Shown here piece by piece: positions 61,329 to 64,000 of a stretch of DNA of 64,000 nucleotides (its first letter is position 1; every line of letters begins with the position of its first letter). Made by a program: the position numbers and the translations under genes. Source of the stretch: Sphyrna mokarran (lineage: Eukaryota); the NCBI GenBank assembly GCA_024679065.1, contig JAGIQG010000017.1, positions 4,278,001 to 4,342,000 on the forward strand, written 5' to 3'. The notes under the pieces were generated by a model. It had not been told where the DNA came from. It saw only the letters and a list, made by a program, of their open reading frames with translations, and made no database searches.

Positions 61329-61689
61329 CCCTTCAGTGGAAAAAAGTACATTTTCTCAACACCAGCCTCAAGGAGCTGTAAGTTATTGGGAGATTTGCCA
61401 AGGGATCAGATATTACACAATCTTCAGCCTGATCAAATATGTCTATTCGCAGTTCTCTAATTGACAGTCATTGTGCACCATGCACTTCAAATGTAAGCTG
61501 GCTAAGGATCATCTTCCAGTTAAATATCTTGACCAAGATCCTCACTGTAGGAGACAGAAACACACAGCCAAAACCTAGAATGTGAATCCTTTTAGAAAGA
61601 GACATGTTTGGGCAGTAACCAATTCATTTGTAGAATTTCCAAGAATGTGGGAGAAATAAAAAAAAAATTAATATTCAGGAGGTAATCAT

Positions 61690-62860
61690 TTAGAATATAG
61701 AACATTACAGCACAGTACAGGCCCTTTGGGCCTTGATGTTGCACTGATCTGTGAAACCAATCTAAAGCCCACCTAACCTACACTATTCCAATATCATCCA
61801 TATGTTTATCCAATGATCATTTAAATGCCTTTAATGCTGGCGACTCCACTACTGTTGCAGGCAGGGCATTCCACATCCTTACTACTGAGTAAAGAGCAAC
61901 CTCTGACATCTGTCCTATAGCTATCACCCCTCAGTTTAAAGCTATGTCCCCTCATGCTAGTCATCACCATCCAAAGAAAAAAGCTCTCACTCTCTATCCT
62001 ATCTAATCCTCTGATCATTTTGTGTGCTTCTAAGTTATCTCTTAATCTCCTCTCTAATGAAAATAGCCTTAAGTCCCTCAGTCTTTCCTCATAACACCTT
62101 CTCACCATACCAGGCAATATCCTAGTAAATCTCCTCTGCACCCTTTCCAATCCTTCCTACAATGCGGTGACCAGAACTCTATGCAATACTCTAGGCACAG
62201 CCGCACCAGAGTTTTGTACAGCTGCAACATGACCTCATGGCTCCGAAACTCAATCCCTCTACCAGTAAAAGCTAACACACTGTGCAGCTTCTTAACAACT
62301 CTATCAACCTGGGTGTCAACTTTCAGGAATCTATGCACGTGGACACGGAGATCTCTCTGCTCATCCACATTACCAAGTAACTTACCATTAACCCAGTACT
62401 CTATATTCCTGTTACTCCTTCCAAAGTGAATCACTTCACACTTTTCCACATTAAACTCTATTTGTCACCTCTCAGCCTAGCTCTGCAGATTATCCATGTC
62501 CCTCTGTAATCTGCAACCTGCGACATCCTTCTGTACCGTCCATAATTCACTGACTTTTGTGTTATCCACAAATTTATTAAACAATCCTTCTAACCCTCAT
62601 CCAGGTCATTTATAAAAATGATGAACAGCAGCGGCCCCAAAACAGATCCTTGTGGTACACCAATAGTAACTGAACTCCAGAATGAACATTTCTCATCAAC
62701 CACCACCTTCTTCTTACAGGTAGCCAATTTCTGATCCAAACTGCTAAATCACCCTCAATTCCGTGCCTCTATTTTCTGCATAGCTTACCGTGGGGAGCCT
62801 TATCAAACACTTTACTGAAATCCATACACAACACATCAACTGCTTAACCTTCATCCATCA
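61690..62860 (-). mobile_element. CR1 LINE fragment
   Basis: ORFs 61821-62150 and 62102-62449. Confidence 0.9.
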
Positions 62861-62861
62861 A

Positions 62862-64000
62862 CCTTTGTTCAAGAAGGGGAAGAGAGACCTTCCAGGGAAT
62901 TATAGGCCAGTTTATCTTATTGAAACATATAAGATAATTAGAGGTTTGGATAGGGTGGACAGTGATAGCCTTTTTCCTAGGATGGAAAAAGCTAGCACGA
63001 GGGGACACAACTTTAAATTAAGGGGTATGAGTTATAGGACGGATATCAGAGGTAGGTTCTTTTCTCAAAGAGTGATTAGGGAGTGGAATGCCCTGCCTGC
63101 AGCTGTTGTAGATGCGCCAAGTTTGGTGGCGTTTAAGAGGTTAGTTGATAAGTATATGGATGAGAAGGGAATGGTTTAGTTAGGAGGGGCATTGCTTTTT
63201 TATTTTGGTCGGCACAACATCGAAGGCCGAAGGGCCTGTTCTGTGCTGTATTGTTCTATGTTCTATGTTCTATGTTCTATGAGTCTTACTTCTGTTGTGG
63301 GCAAAGTATTGGAGAGAATTATTAGGGATAGGATTTATAGTTATTTAGAGAGAACTGAATTGATTGGGGATAGTCAGCATGGTTTTGTGAAGGGTAGGTC
63401 GTGCCTTACTAACCTTATTGAGTTTTTTGAAAAAGTGACCAAAGAGGTGGATGGGGGTAAGGCAGTTGATGTGGTATATATGGACTTTAGTAAGGCATTC
63501 AATAAGGTGTCCCATGGAAGGCTTCTGCAGAAAATGCAGATGTATGGGATAGAGGGTAATTTAGCTAATTGGATTAGGAATTGGCTAGCAGATAGAAGAC
63601 AGAGGGTGGTGGTTGATGGGAGATATTCATCGTGGAGTTCGGTGACAAGTGGTGTGCCTCAGGGGTCTGTGTTGGGGCCCCTGCTGTTTGTAATTTTTAT
63701 AAATGATCTGGATGAGGGTATTGAGGGATGGATCAGTAAATTTGCAGATGACACTAAAGTCGGTGGAGTGGTATATAGTGAAGAGGGGTGTTATAGTTTA
63801 CAGAGTGACTTGGACAAGTTGCAGAGCTGGGCCGAGAGTGGCAAATGGAGTTTAATGTGGAAAAGTGTGAGGTAATGCACTTTGGCAGGAACAATAAATG
63901 TGTAGAGTATAGGGCTAATGGTAGGACTCTTAATAGTGTTGATGAACAGAGGGATCTTGGTGTTTATGTGCATAGATCCCTGAAAGTTGGCAATCAAGTT
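62862..64000 (+). mobile_element. CR1 LINE RT region (runs off the window) with a CR1 3' end inserted at ~62913-63280
   Basis: PLFKKG..NYRPV | insert ending (gttctat)n | [33 protein letters not shown]. Confidence 0.92.

Overview
Vertebrate genomic DNA, almost certainly from a cartilaginous fish (HE1/V-SINE-type SINEs, abundant CR1 LINEs, a dispersed 70-bp minisatellite). The window covers part of the FGF8-neighbourhood gene block. It holds the last coding exon of FBXW4 (+, 390-512), the complete DPCD gene (-, 6 coding exons, 203 aa) and a CpG-rich bidirectional promoter (~17.95-18.6 kb). It also holds the complete POLL gene (DNA polymerase lambda, +, 7 coding exons, 585 aa) and the last coding exon of an O-GlcNAcase (OGA/MGEA5)-family gene (-, 58962-59098), which sits where BTRC lies in the human order. 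Most of the remainder is retrotransposon-derived (CR1, Rex1/Babar-like, L2-like, SINEs), and nearly all ORFs in the supplied track are fragments or antisense shadows of these. Notable observations: (1) Three Penelope-like insertions with inverted arms and ~13-bp TSDs carry minimal hammerhead-ribozyme motifs. One is a ~345-bp fold-back hairpin just past the POLL stop that also supplies the first AATAAA; in another, only the POLL-sense ribozyme copy is destroyed. (2) A templated duplicate of a POLL exon/intron junction could act as a poison exon. (3) The OGA-like exon is divergent and has a more canonical GNAT motif. (4) A CR1 family carries a SINE-like module in its 3' tail. Exon coordinates were read base by base. 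Repeat boundaries are approximate, and family names come from pattern recognition, not database searches.
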